DNA of 64,000 nt from Minisyncoccota bacterium (GCA_036405415.1 DASWXP010000002.1:208351-272350), one strand, 5' to 3'; shown: positions 1 through 8,991, counted from the stretch's first letter. Translations and numbers: made by a program. The notes: generated from the sequence alone by a model not told the origin.

Positions 1-93
1 CAGGGCGAAGATGATACCCGTTACGACGCGAAGCACGGTAGGAGCGAAGCCGCTCCAGCGATTAAGGTATGAACCAGTGATAAGGGTGTGCAT
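1..93 (-). CDS. partial CDS (N-terminal 31 aa) of a membrane protein, continues beyond window start
   Basis: Minus-strand ATG near 93 followed by a hydrophobic stretch (MHTLITGSYLNRWSGFAPTVLRVVTGIIFAL) running off the window edge. Confidence 0.25.
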   Translation of the reverse strand, partial: MHTLITGSYLNRWSGFAPTVLRVVTGIIFAL

Positions 94-167
94 AGGTGAT
101 AGTGATGCTGCTAACCCCTAAATTGTATCCCTTTCCCGTGAAGCATTCATGGAGGCTATGCACAGTC

Positions 168-413
168 CTAAAAAAGGGTCTGTTTCTCTGCCCTCGAGAG
201 CTTCTTTATTGCGGCTTCACGCGCGCACGCTTCGCTCCTTGAAGTAAAGGTCTCTTTATGCACGAGCGACACCGGGCGCCGGGCACGCGTGTATTTCGCT
301 CCCTCAGGGGCTTCGTTGTGTTCCCGTACCCTGCGCGTAAGGTCTGTAGTTACGCCGGTATAGAGCGTCCCGTCCGCGCACCTGAGCATGTAGACATACC
401 AGGCGTCTTTCAT
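168..413 (-). CDS. GIY-YIG nuclease superfamily protein (UPF0213/YhbQ-like)
   Basis: 81 aa; the 'YVYMLRCADGTLYTGVTTDLTRRVREHN' block is a GIY-YIG motif. Confidence 0.7.
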   Translation of the reverse strand: MKDAWYVYMLRCADGTLYTGVTTDLTRRVREHNEAPEGAKYTRARRPVSLVHKETFTSRSEACAREAAIKKLSRAEKQTLF

Positions 414-418
414 GGAAA

Positions 419-1894
419 TTATTTCTCGAGGTCCAAGACCTCGTCGATGCGGATCTGCGCCACGAACTCCGGTACGTGCGACACAAGCACCATCGCGCCC
501 TCGTACTCGTCCAAGGCCTTCGCGATAACCGGGATGTGGCGGAAGTTGATATGATTGGTCGGCTCATCGAGGATCAGGAGTCCCGGCTCTTCGAGCACGA
601 GGCGCGCGAACGCGACGAGCCCCTTCTGTCCCTCGGATAAGGAACCGATCTGCTTGTTCATGGTCTCCGCATAGAGGAGGAACCCTGCAGCAATCTTGCG
701 CATCTTCTCCTCTTCCGGCTTTTTCATGGCTGAGAGGAGCGACTCGCGGACCGTATGCTCGAAGTTGAGCGTCGAGAAGTCCTGCCGGTAGTAGCCGACC
801 TTCACGCCGCGCGTGATCTTCGCGCCATCAGCAGTTCCCTTCGCGAGCGCTTCGAGCAGCGTAGTCTTGCCGATGCCGTTCGGGCCCTTGAGCTGCAGGT
901 GCTGCTTCTTGCGGAGCGCGATGTTCGCCTTCTTCGTTACCGGCACGTGCTTCTTCGGGTCCATGATAGAAAGGGACTCGATGACAAGATAGTCGCCGAG
1001 AATGTCGGTCTGCGCCGGGATGTGGAACGGGCGGATGGTCTTGTCCTCGCGGCGCACCTCCACCTTGTCCTCCTCCATCTCCTCGATCTCCTCGCGCATC
1101 TTCTTCGCGACGAGACGCATCTTGCCTCCCTTCTGCGCGAAGAAGTTCGCCTTGTCCTTGTTGTCCTGGATCTTCTTGGCAAGCTGCGCGTTCTTGCGGT
1201 TCTCGCGCTCGATGCGGGCCGTGATGTCCTTCAGCACGTCGAAGTAGTTGCCCACGTACTGCTCGAGCTTCCGGGTGTTGCTATCAAGGTACAACACGCC
1301 GTCCGAGAACGAGTTCAAGAACTCCGCGTCATGCGAGATGACGAGACAGGTCTTCTCGTATTCCTTGAGGAACTTTGTAAGGTGCTCGATGCCGGCATGG
1401 TCGAGGTTGTTCGTCGGCTCGTCGAGCAAAAGAAGATCCGGGTCTTGGATGAGTGCCGACGCGAGGAGAAGGCGTGCCTGCTGACCGCCTGAGAAGGATT
1501 TCACTTCCCGATCGTGATCCGCCCTGAGGTTCACTACCGCGAGCACCTTGTCGATCTTCGGATCGATGTCGTACACCTTCTCCTTGAAACGCTTCTGGAA
1601 GAACTCGCGCACCGAAAGCTCGCGCTCTTCAGGAAGCACTACCTGATGCGCGAGCGCGATCGTAAGGCCGTTCGGGGTTAGAATCCGGCCATCGATAGGC
1701 TCGAGCTGGTTCGTGATCAGCTTGAAGATGGTCGACTTGCCGGCGCCGTTCTGGCCCATGAGGGTAACCTTCATGCCCTTCCTTAGAGAGAAGTTTGTTT
1801 CGGTGAGGATCGGGTAATTCACGCCGTAATTGAACGTGACGTCCTCAAAGCGGAGGACCGCTTCTTGCGGTCCGTTGGTGCCGTTTGCAGCCAT
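419..1894 (-). CDS. ABC-F family ATPase (tandem ABC domains, EttA/Uup-like)
   Basis: Two Walker A motifs (GQNGAGKST, GPNGIGKTT) and ABC signatures (LSGGQQARLLLA, LSEGQKGLVAFA). Start moved to MAANGTNG (ATG 1894) with an upstream AGGAAG. Confidence 0.85.
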   Translation of the reverse strand: MAANGTNGPQEAVLRFEDVTFNYGVNYPILTETNFSLRKGMKVTLMGQNGAGKSTIFKLITNQLEPIDGRILTPNGLTIALAHQVVLPEERELSVREFFQKRFKEKVYDIDPKIDKVLAVVNLRADHDREVKSFSGGQQARLLLASALIQDPDLLLLDEPTNNLDHAGIEHLTKFLKEYEKTCLVISHDAEFLNSFSDGVLYLDSNTRKLEQYVGNYFDVLKDITARIERENRKNAQLAKKIQDNKDKANFFAQKGGKMRLVAKKMREEIEEMEEDKVEVRREDKTIRPFHIPAQTDILGDYLVIESLSIMDPKKHVPVTKKANIALRKKQHLQLKGPNGIGKTTLLEALAKGTADGAKITRGVKVGYYRQDFSTLNFEHTVRESLLSAMKKPEEEKMRKIAAGFLLYAETMNKQIGSLSEGQKGLVAFARLVLEEPGLLILDEPTNHINFRHIPVIAKALDEYEGAMVLVSHVPEFVAQIRIDEVLDLEK

Positions 1895-1962
1895 GATTCT
1901 TCCTTTATAACAGATTTGTGTCGTATTGATAAGCCATGCTCCTCTGCGTGTATTATGTACGC

Positions 1963-2268
1963 ATGAATGCAATCTCCGGCGGCACAGCACACAAGCTACC
2001 TGCAGACATGCAGAAAGCGCTCACCAAAAGCAAAGCGTCACTCGCTGCATGGGAGACCCTTACACCGCTTTCGCGCAACGAATGGATCTGCTGGTGCATC
2101 TCCGTAAAGAAGGAAGAGACACGCTTAGAACACACCGAACGCATGATTGCTCAGCTCAAGGAAGGAAAGCGCCGCCCGTGCTGCTGGATCGGGTGCATCC
2201 ACCGGAAGGACAAGGAACTCAGTCCTTCTATTAAGGGAGTTCTTGAGAAGCGCTCTAAGAAGCGTTAG
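1963..2268 (+). CDS. YdeI/OmpD-associated family protein
   Basis: The 'TLTPLSRNEWICWCISVKKEETRLEHTERMIAQLKEGKRRP' block is typical of the YdeI/OmpD-associated family. The start is ambiguous (1936 or 1963). Confidence 0.55.
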   Translation: MNAISGGTAHKLPADMQKALTKSKASLAAWETLTPLSRNEWICWCISVKKEETRLEHTERMIAQLKEGKRRPCCWIGCIHRKDKELSPSIKGVLEKRSKKR

Positions 2269-3496
2269 CGCCTGCTACGTATCCCGTTGTCCAGCACAGC
2301 TGGAGCGAATAGCCTCCTGTTGGTCTCCGGATATTCAAGAGATCCCCGATTATATAGAGGTTCGGACACCTCTTCGAGCGCATGGTCTTCATATCTACCT
2401 CGGACAGGTTGACGCCTCCATCGGCCACGACCGCCCTGTTGAGTCCCATGAGTCCGGAGACGATCAGCGGGAGCGTCTTCAGTATTTCTGCGAGCCTCCT
2501 GCGCTCCTCCTTGGTTACGCTATGCACCTTCTTCTCCGGGTCTATGTCAGGAAGCAGCGAGAGTATCGCGTCTGCGGTTCCTTCTGGAGCGATGCTGCGG
2601 AACGCGTTCCGTAGGTTCCGGTTTCTTCCTGCATCAAACGCTGCCGCGATCTCCTTATCAAGCACCCCGAGATCCGTTTGCGGCCGCGTATCGATGCTAA
2701 GCGTAACGTCCCCTTCATGCAGATAGTCTGCGATCTTTCCTGCGGCATTCAGCACGAGCGGTCCTGACACGCCGAAGTGCGTGAGAAGCACGTCGCCAGC
2801 GAGCTTCAGACGCTTCGCGCCGTTCACGAATACCGTCATGCGCATGTCCTTGAGCGTGGTCCCCGCGAGCGCCTTGGACCATGCTTCCTTCGTTCGGAGC
2901 GGCACGATGGTAGGCGTCGGGTCGGTAACGGTGTGTCCCGCGTCCTTGAGCCAGCGGAACCCGTCTCCGGTTGATCCGGTCTCAGGATGCGACACGCCGC
3001 CGGTAGCGAATATATAGGAATCAGCCGTAAGCTCCTTTCCGCCCACGAGCACGCTCTCGATACCGTCCTTCCCGACATACACCTTCGCGACCGGAAGCCC
3101 GACGCGCATCTCGACGCCCTGCGCCTTCACGTACGCGAACAGCTTTGCCGTTACGTCTTCGGCGCTCTGGGATGCTGGGAACATGCGCTTCCTGCCTTCG
3201 GTAACGGTCGGTACGCCTATCGACTCGAAGAACGCGATCGACTCTTCAAGCCCGAACTGCGCGAACGGGGAGCGGAGGAACTCCGCAGAGTCTCCGAAGT
3301 GCGACAAGAGTGCACGCACATCCTTCTCATCGTTCATAATATTGCACCGGCCGCCTCCGGTTATGGAAAGCTTCTCGCCGAGCTTCCGGTTCTTCTCAAT
3401 GAGAAGAACCTTCTTCCCGCGGGACGCAGCGATGCCTGCAGCCATCATGCCTGCAGCTCCGCCACCCACCACGATCACGCCGTACCGATCCTTCAT
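2255..3496 (-). CDS. HI0933-like NAD(P)/FAD-dependent flavoprotein (BaiN/aminoacetone oxidase family)
   Basis: N-terminal Rossmann 'VIVVGGGAAGMMAAGIAASRGKKVLLIEKNRKLGEKLSITGGGRCN', a family hallmark. Confidence 0.8.
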   Translation of the reverse strand: MKDRYGVIVVGGGAAGMMAAGIAASRGKKVLLIEKNRKLGEKLSITGGGRCNIMNDEKDVRALLSHFGDSAEFLRSPFAQFGLEESIAFFESIGVPTVTEGRKRMFPASQSAEDVTAKLFAYVKAQGVEMRVGLPVAKVYVGKDGIESVLVGGKELTADSYIFATGGVSHPETGSTGDGFRWLKDAGHTVTDPTPTIVPLRTKEAWSKALAGTTLKDMRMTVFVNGAKRLKLAGDVLLTHFGVSGPLVLNAAGKIADYLHEGDVTLSIDTRPQTDLGVLDKEIAAAFDAGRNRNLRNAFRSIAPEGTADAILSLLPDIDPEKKVHSVTKEERRRLAEILKTLPLIVSGLMGLNRAVVADGGVNLSEVDMKTMRSKRCPNLYIIGDLLNIRRPTGGYSLQLCWTTGYVAGANAS

Positions 3497-3533
3497 ACGG
3501 GCACCGTACCGCATCCGAGGCGGTTTGTCTTTC

Positions 3534-4805
3534 CTATATATGGTCTTCCGACAGTATTGCGAGCAAGCCTGCCGCGCTCCATGCCTGGGTCTTGCAGGCT
3601 TTCTGTCCTGAGGCGCTTTCGTATTCCTCTATTGATTTGCTGAACACGAAGAGTTCTGCCGGTCCCTGCAGCTGTTCGTATGCCGTAAGAAGCGCTTCAC
3701 GTACTTGCACGGCTTCCTTCTCGAATCCCGCGTCACGCATGCCAAGCGCGATGAGGGCGGTATCGTGCGGCCAGATGGAACCGTTGTGATAGCTATTCGC
3801 TTCGAAATGCGCGGAGTCGCTCGAAAGCGTACGGATACCGGCACCAGGCACGAAGAGGTCAGGCTCCATGAGCCGCTCAGTGACCCTGACTACGTCTTCC
3901 GGAGCGAGTATCGAATAGAACACACCTTCATCTCTTGCACCTGCCCACAGAAGGTGTCCCATGGAAGAGCGGGCGGAGGTGAGCATGCGGCCTTGTCCGT
4001 CGAGCGCGAACGCAGGCGTGCCGTTTGGGAGCATGAAGTGCTCGTAAAAGTGTTCGCGCAGCTCGCGCGCACGCATGAGGAGCATCTCTGCTCGTTCTTC
4101 GTCTACATCCTTTAGGAGCAGATGCCATGCAGACAGTGCTCGGTACGCATATCCCTGCACTTCTACGGGCGCGATGGAATATGCAGGCTCCTCGTCCCGA
4201 TCTTCGAAGAACACGGACTCGGAGCTATCCATCCAGCTCTGTACTCTAAGTCCCCCGTGCACGCGCTCAGGGTGCATCTGGTACGAGACGAATCCGTTCG
4301 GGTGCGCGTCCATCGCTTCGAGGAGCCACCTGAGCGCGTCGTCCGTGTTCGCCCTGAGTAGCTCGAGCAGGTCGTCATCGTTGGTAAGGCGATAGTAGCG
4401 CTCAACCGCCATAAGGAAGAGCGGCGTCGCATCGACCGTGTCGTAATTGCGCATCACGCCGTCCGGATACAAAAACCACGGATGCTCCAGGTTCTGCGTG
4501 AGGTGCTCGTGATTGTCAGGACGGAACTCGTGGATGATCTTCCCGCGCTCCTCGCCGCTCTCGATATTCGTCTCGCGTCCCTGGAGCTTCGCGAGGTTGA
4601 TAAGCACGTTCCGTACGAGCGGAAGGTACCTCGTATCGCGAGTATTCTGTGCTATACGAAGCAGCAAGAGGCTCGTTATGAGTGAGTCTCTCCCGAAGAT
4701 GCACCCGTAGAGTTCTTCCTTGCCGGAAGCGAGTATGCCGTTCTCTACAACAAGAGAATCGATCGCATCAGCGCCTATCTTCAAGAGTTCCTCGCGTGTG
4801 GCCAT
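3534..4805 (-). CDS. glycogen-debranching-enzyme-like (amylo-alpha-1,6-glucosidase / six-hairpin glycosidase) protein
   Basis: 423 aa; 'YHNGSIWPHDTALIALGMRDAGF' and 'GRDSLITSLLL' are typical of GDE_C-type (alpha/alpha)6 glycosidases. Confidence 0.6.
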   Translation of the reverse strand: MATREELLKIGADAIDSLVVENGILASGKEELYGCIFGRDSLITSLLLLRIAQNTRDTRYLPLVRNVLINLAKLQGRETNIESGEERGKIIHEFRPDNHEHLTQNLEHPWFLYPDGVMRNYDTVDATPLFLMAVERYYRLTNDDDLLELLRANTDDALRWLLEAMDAHPNGFVSYQMHPERVHGGLRVQSWMDSSESVFFEDRDEEPAYSIAPVEVQGYAYRALSAWHLLLKDVDEERAEMLLMRARELREHFYEHFMLPNGTPAFALDGQGRMLTSARSSMGHLLWAGARDEGVFYSILAPEDVVRVTERLMEPDLFVPGAGIRTLSSDSAHFEANSYHNGSIWPHDTALIALGMRDAGFEKEAVQVREALLTAYEQLQGPAELFVFSKSIEEYESASGQKACKTQAWSAAGLLAILSEDHI

Positions 4806-4848
4806 GCCGCTAACGATACGGCTTTTCCCTATCGAGTTGATGAAGATG

Positions 4849-5292
4849 CTAGGCCTTCTTCTCTGCGCAATTGATCATCCACTGCACCTTGAAGCGATCC
4901 CTTACGCTTCCGAAATAATCGCCCCAGAACATGTCCTGCATCTCCATCTCAACCGTGCCGCCCTCAGAGAGCGCCTTAAAGAGACGGTCCGCCTCTTCGC
5001 GCGTATCCGGCTCGAGGTTTATGTATACGTTGTTGCCGTAGTTCATGGTGAAACCCATGCTCTCAGGCGCGTCCGTGCCGTAAAGCACGTGGCCGCCGAG
5101 AAGCGGAAGTCCTACGTGCATCACGAGCTCCTTGTCCTCATCCGAAAGCTCGGGCTGTCCCTCGTACGGAGGTACGTCCTTCATGCGCATGATGCCCTGG
5201 CCTTCGAACTCTCCGCCGAACACCGACTTGTAGAACGTGAAAGCCGCTTCGGTCTCGCGGGCAAAGTTGAGATAGGTAGATACGCGTGCCAT
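4849..5292 (-). CDS. PhnB-like VOC (glyoxalase/bleomycin-resistance fold) protein
   Basis: 147 aa; the 'FYKSVFGGEFEG...MHVGLPLLGGHVLYGTD...GGTVEMEMQDMFWGDYFGSVRDRFKVQWMIN' pattern matches PhnB/3-demethylubiquinone-9 methyltransferase-like VOC proteins. Confidence 0.6.
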   Translation of the reverse strand: MARVSTYLNFARETEAAFTFYKSVFGGEFEGQGIMRMKDVPPYEGQPELSDEDKELVMHVGLPLLGGHVLYGTDAPESMGFTMNYGNNVYINLEPDTREEADRLFKALSEGGTVEMEMQDMFWGDYFGSVRDRFKVQWMINCAEKKA

Positions 5293-5595
5293 AGGACGTC
5301 AATGATTAGAAATAACTCTATTCAATATAACCTGCTGAAAGAATCGATCTTTCCAAATCTGCTGGCTGTCTGGGACGATGTTGGAACCTGTATTCTCGAA
5401 TGGTAAGGTTCGCTTGGCGGGAACACTCTGAGGAGTGGTCCTCTACTGGGAAGCTAGTTGGTGCGGTAATAGCGTCACCAAGGCACACAGACCCAGTTTG
5501 CGGAGTCGGATCAGCACATACTCGATGGGTTCGCCCACTCGAAGCTGGTTCGGCTCCGTTTTCTGTTGCTGAGGACCTGGGACGATGTTGGAACT

Positions 5596-6429
5596 TCAGC
5601 TTTGCCCAGTCTTGTCCGCAGATAGCATGGTCCTCTCCCGCGCATTACTGCTAAGAAGCTGTATAAGCTCTTTAGTTTTCGGGAACATATTAATATTAAT
5701 ACTCATCTCTGTGGTTCCTTCATTTGTACGAAATAGAGATTGAGCGAGCAATCGATACATTTTCTCGGGGTCCGAGAGCAAACTGGTCGCAAGCCCATTC
5801 TTATGAGACTCCTGGCCTACTATTAATTCAATTTCCTTCTCGATCTCTTGGGCAAGGTCTTCAATAGGACGACTCGCAAGTCCGGCCTCAATCACGGTCT
5901 CTATCTTGTTCAGCTTCTTATACTTCTTGTTTGCGAAGGAGCTTCCTCCAAACAATGCGTCTGTATACTTGTTAGCAAACATCTTGATCACGTAATCAAA
6001 GGGCGAAAGGAAGAAGTACTCTTTATCTAAGACTTTTCCCGAGAGAATCGTAGAGCCCTGCGCAAGAGTGAAGTGATCTTCGACGAGCTGGTTGTCTTCA
6101 CGCACCTTTCTCGGTGAACTAATGTCTATATCTGAGGGGAGACCGAACTTATCCGCATTGGCTTTGAGGTGTGCCTGAGTTCTGTATAGGTCAGGCAATT
6201 CTGTGTCTACTAACTCACCATCGTCATTTATAAGTAAGTGGGCCTTTAGTTCTGTGGCGTTAGTGAACAGCAGGATCGCGCCAGAACCCGCAACAGCGTA
6301 TCTAAGCTTCCCATCTTCTATTTGGGCGTTATGCTCGGCAAATGAAAATATTGGCTGCAATGCACTCTCTGGAGATCTCTCGTGCGTGCGCGCAGCAACA
6401 GGACTGCTTTGCATCCTTTCGATACTCAT
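5596..6429 (-). CDS. hypothetical protein (island-associated)
   Basis: 277-aa ORF in AT-richer DNA with no recognisable motifs. Confidence 0.4.
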   Translation of the reverse strand: MSIERMQSSPVAARTHERSPESALQPIFSFAEHNAQIEDGKLRYAVAGSGAILLFTNATELKAHLLINDDGELVDTELPDLYRTQAHLKANADKFGLPSDIDISSPRKVREDNQLVEDHFTLAQGSTILSGKVLDKEYFFLSPFDYVIKMFANKYTDALFGGSSFANKKYKKLNKIETVIEAGLASRPIEDLAQEIEKEIELIVGQESHKNGLATSLLSDPEKMYRLLAQSLFRTNEGTTEMSININMFPKTKELIQLLSSNARERTMLSADKTGQS

Positions 6430-6452
6430 AGGATGAGTATCTCATAAAATAC

Positions 6453-6478
6453 TTGGCTGGCCGACTCGGATTCGAACC
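6453..6478 (-). other. tRNA 3'-end fragment (T-loop GGTTCGAATCC + acceptor 3' strand + G + CCA), Gln-type-like; putative att-site remnant
   Basis: The minus-sense read is GGTTCGAATCCGAGTCGGCCAGCCA. No complementary 5' acceptor strand or D/anticodon arms lie upstream, so this is not a full tRNA. It shares ...CCAGCCAA with the 3' end of tRNA-Gln at 19503. Confidence 0.4.
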
Positions 6479-6633
6479 TTGGTCGGTTAAGCCCGGGCTA
6501 GTCGGTTTAGGTCTTCTCGGGCTTCGCTAAACGACGCGTCTCGGGCGCTTCAAAAAAGTGACAAAAGTGACAGCCCTACGGATCTAATCTCATGAGTGAA
6601 CAAAGTCTTAAATGCTTTCATTATCGTGTTTCA

Positions 6634-6929
6634 ATATATCTATAGCCGCCCCCATGGCCGGGGACGACTACGGGTTGCGCTAGATAGGAATCTTGCGCTC
6701 CTCACGTACGGTGTACTGAGGGTAACGAGCAGCGTAAGCCGCTGTTACGATCTGTCCAGTGCGTACGTCACGATAAATGATTACCGTGCGGTAGCGAGGT
6801 TTAGTTTTCATTACTGAAGACCTTAGAGCTAATAATCGAACGACGCTGCCCCACAGAGGCAGCGTCTCTCATTTCTACGTGCGGGACGTCGTTCGATTAC
6901 CCCCTTAATGAGGACGGCTATAGATATAT
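6634..6929. repeat. 296-bp segment bounded by a 15-bp perfect (about 26-bp imperfect) inverted repeat ATATATCTATAGCCG / CGGCTATAGATATAT
   Basis: The left arm at 6634-6648 is the exact reverse complement of the right arm at 6915-6929, and flanking bases extend the imperfect match. The interior holds a 43-aa ORF and a nested 12-bp/9-bp stem structure (6836-6900). Confidence 0.6.
6680..6811 (-). CDS. small hypothetical protein (43 aa) inside the inverted-repeat-bounded segment
   Basis: MKTKPRYRTVIIYRDVRTGQIVTAAYAARYPQYTVREERKIPI; AAGG sits 8 nt upstream of the ATG. It was absent from the ORF track because it is under 60 aa. Confidence 0.3.
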   Translation of the reverse strand: MKTKPRYRTVIIYRDVRTGQIVTAAYAARYPQYTVREERKIPI

Positions 6930-6993
6930 AGAATCAAGGTGCTTCTACCGCTATCAATAGACTAGCATTTTCATAGAAACCGCTCCCTGTGCA

Positions 6994-7881
6994 CTAGTTA
7001 CTCCCTTTAGTTGTGGTAGAGGTCAGATTCGTAAAGTCTTGAAGTCCATGGATCTTTGCAATGGTAGCGAGATACTTCACGTAGCTAATGTCTGCTTGCT
7101 TAATTAGATAGGTTCCACCATCAATGAGAATCAGTACAGAATTTTCGGATTCATAGACCATGATTGCGTTGAAAGGACTCTGTACTCCAATTTCCTCACC
7201 ATTGAAATTTGAGTTTAGTCCGATACTTACAGCAACAGGTTTAGCGCCGCCAAGATATCTAGGGACAGATGAATACACAAAGAATGAGAACATGAAAAGT
7301 AAAATTGGCAGCGCAATGAGGAAGTACAGCAGACGATAGTAGGCGCCAAAGTAGATCACGATATTCTTCAAGGTAATCCGCATGGAATGCGCCTGCGCAA
7401 TCTCTTTATGAGATTTTTTTGCTACTGAGACACCAAAGAAAATCATTGCGACCCAGACGAAACCAAGAAAGTATATGAAGGACGGTGGGTTAATTGTTCT
7501 GCCAAGTAGAAGCGGAAATACAAAGAGCACAAAACTCAACGAGGAAGCCAGGCCAAATAATATGACTTTTAGTACGGAGATAAATATTGTCCTTAAGGCA
7601 CCCTTATTCTCTTTCAAATACTTATTTAGTACTTCTACTGCCTTAAGAAAACCGTAGAAGAAAGTTGATGGTAGAGCGACAAAAAAGAGAAATAGGCTGC
7701 CTGCGGTAAAGTACTGAACTTTCAAGAAGTTGAAGTCCCAGAAGCCGTAAAGCGCTAGATAGCTGTTCACGACAAGGAAGCCGAAAAAGGTCGAGCTGAC
7801 AGCAAACAAACTCACCCACTGAAGAGTGTTTGAAAGCCTGCTTTCTTGACGTGTGAACGGATTCATTTCGATAGTAAACAC
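6994..7881 (-). CDS. polytopic membrane protein, last gene of the LexA-headed defence-like operon
   Basis: 295 aa with at least 6 hydrophobic helices, on the same strand and 24 nt downstream of the Zn-ribbon gene. Confidence 0.5.
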   Translation of the reverse strand: MFTIEMNPFTRQESRLSNTLQWVSLFAVSSTFFGFLVVNSYLALYGFWDFNFLKVQYFTAGSLFLFFVALPSTFFYGFLKAVEVLNKYLKENKGALRTIFISVLKVILFGLASSLSFVLFVFPLLLGRTINPPSFIYFLGFVWVAMIFFGVSVAKKSHKEIAQAHSMRITLKNIVIYFGAYYRLLYFLIALPILLFMFSFFVYSSVPRYLGGAKPVAVSIGLNSNFNGEEIGVQSPFNAIMVYESENSVLILIDGGTYLIKQADISYVKYLATIAKIHGLQDFTNLTSTTTKGSN

Positions 7882-7905
7882 CTGATTCTTTCTGATTGCA
7901 AAAAC

Positions 7906-8991
7906 CTATTTGGACTTAACTAGCTTCAGTAAATCCTCCTCCCTTTCATATCCGTGCAGACGACCTTCCAGCATACCTAAACGATAACTAATACCATCGG
8001 TCATAAGTCGCCAGTTGGTATCCTGGAGCGTCTTTTTGATAAGCTTTTCCAGATCCTTGGAGCTGGCATACCCCTCCCTATCAGGCCGCTTTTCATACAC
8101 CACGAATGGAACGACGACATCCTTGGAAATCTCCGGGTTCTTGAATTGGAGCTTTATGTAGTCCGCCTTTTCGAGAACGGGAACGAGCAACTCTTCGAGT
8201 TCTATAATCTTCAGCTTCTTGAGCTTTGCGATTTTCTCGTACGATTCCTTGTTCTTCTCTTTCTCCTTTATCTCGTCCATAAGCCGCCCGATCCCCTCAA
8301 GGTTCGCCTTGGCTGCCATGAACTCCTGACCCTCTTTCTCGCTCAGGCAGAATCGCTCGCGATCCTTTTCAAAGTCTGGGTCTGACCTATCGACCATGCG
8401 CTCAATTTCTGAGATATCGGTATAGTCGCAATTCGGGCAGGTAACGACCGTAAACCATTTCTCGTCAGTAGACCTATCTTCCTCCACGACCTCTGCCTTA
8501 CATTTCGGACAGGTAGACTTCTCTCGCCTGAATTCTTCCCCATCGTCATAGAACGCACGACGCGGCATATGCTCCTGAGCACAGTCGTAGAAGAATAGGA
8601 CGCGATCCTTTCCGTCGAGTCCTGCCGAGTGATGGATCTTCGAGCTTACAAACATTAGACGTCCGCAAGTAAGGCAGCTTATGTCTTCAGGAGCTACGGC
8701 TGATTCGTAGAACTTATCGCTACGCTCGTCCCTTTGCATCCACTCCCTAATCGTCGCTTCTTTCTTCAGATATCTATTGCCCTTTATGAAATAGAGACTT
8801 ATACGCGTCACCGCATTGGATGTGCGTATCAGTTCATTCTCATCCACCTCTTTCTCAGGGTGCTTGTCCTTATACGTCTGCTTCAGTCCCTCAATGTCCG
8901 GCGTATGCTTCTCCCACGAACGGCATTTCTCGACAGTGTGCTTGTCGTAGAGGTCTGAGTAATATTGATGTGGTTTTAGACGAGGCTCCAT
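7906..8991 (-). CDS. Zn-ribbon-rich (three CxxC pairs) hypothetical protein, co-operonic with the CBASS-like genes
   Basis: 361 aa with CLTCG, CPKCK and CPNCD motifs; its start lies 1 nt after the E2-like gene stop. Confidence 0.5.
   Translation of the reverse strand: MEPRLKPHQYYSDLYDKHTVEKCRSWEKHTPDIEGLKQTYKDKHPEKEVDENELIRTSNAVTRISLYFIKGNRYLKKEATIREWMQRDERSDKFYESAVAPEDISCLTCGRLMFVSSKIHHSAGLDGKDRVLFFYDCAQEHMPRRAFYDDGEEFRREKSTCPKCKAEVVEEDRSTDEKWFTVVTCPNCDYTDISEIERMVDRSDPDFEKDRERFCLSEKEGQEFMAAKANLEGIGRLMDEIKEKEKNKESYEKIAKLKKLKIIELEELLVPVLEKADYIKLQFKNPEISKDVVVPFVVYEKRPDREGYASSKDLEKLIKKTLQDTNWRLMTDGISYRLGMLEGRLHGYEREEDLLKLVKSK

Noticed and set aside
755-1492. Long plus-strand ORF (245 aa) inside the ABC-F gene
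   Set aside because: It lies entirely antisense to a well-supported ABC-F CDS. Its amino-acid composition is Leu/Arg/Val/Ala-rich, typical of spurious ORFs in GC-rich DNA.
5400-5654. 84-aa ORF between the 18-bp direct repeats
   Set aside because: It has no RBS and a Trp/Cys/Ser-rich unnatural composition. The region is more likely non-coding repeat DNA.
6453-6560. Possibility that 6453-6540 is a complete minus-strand tRNA or tmRNA
   Set aside because: The reverse complement lacks a 5' acceptor strand complementary to TCGGCCA and has no D or anticodon arms. Only the T-loop-to-CCA portion is tRNA-like.
6596-6817. 73-aa plus-strand ORF inside the inverted-repeat element
   Set aside because: It has no RBS and an odd composition. 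The opposite strand has a better-initiated 43-aa ORF, though that too is only tentative.
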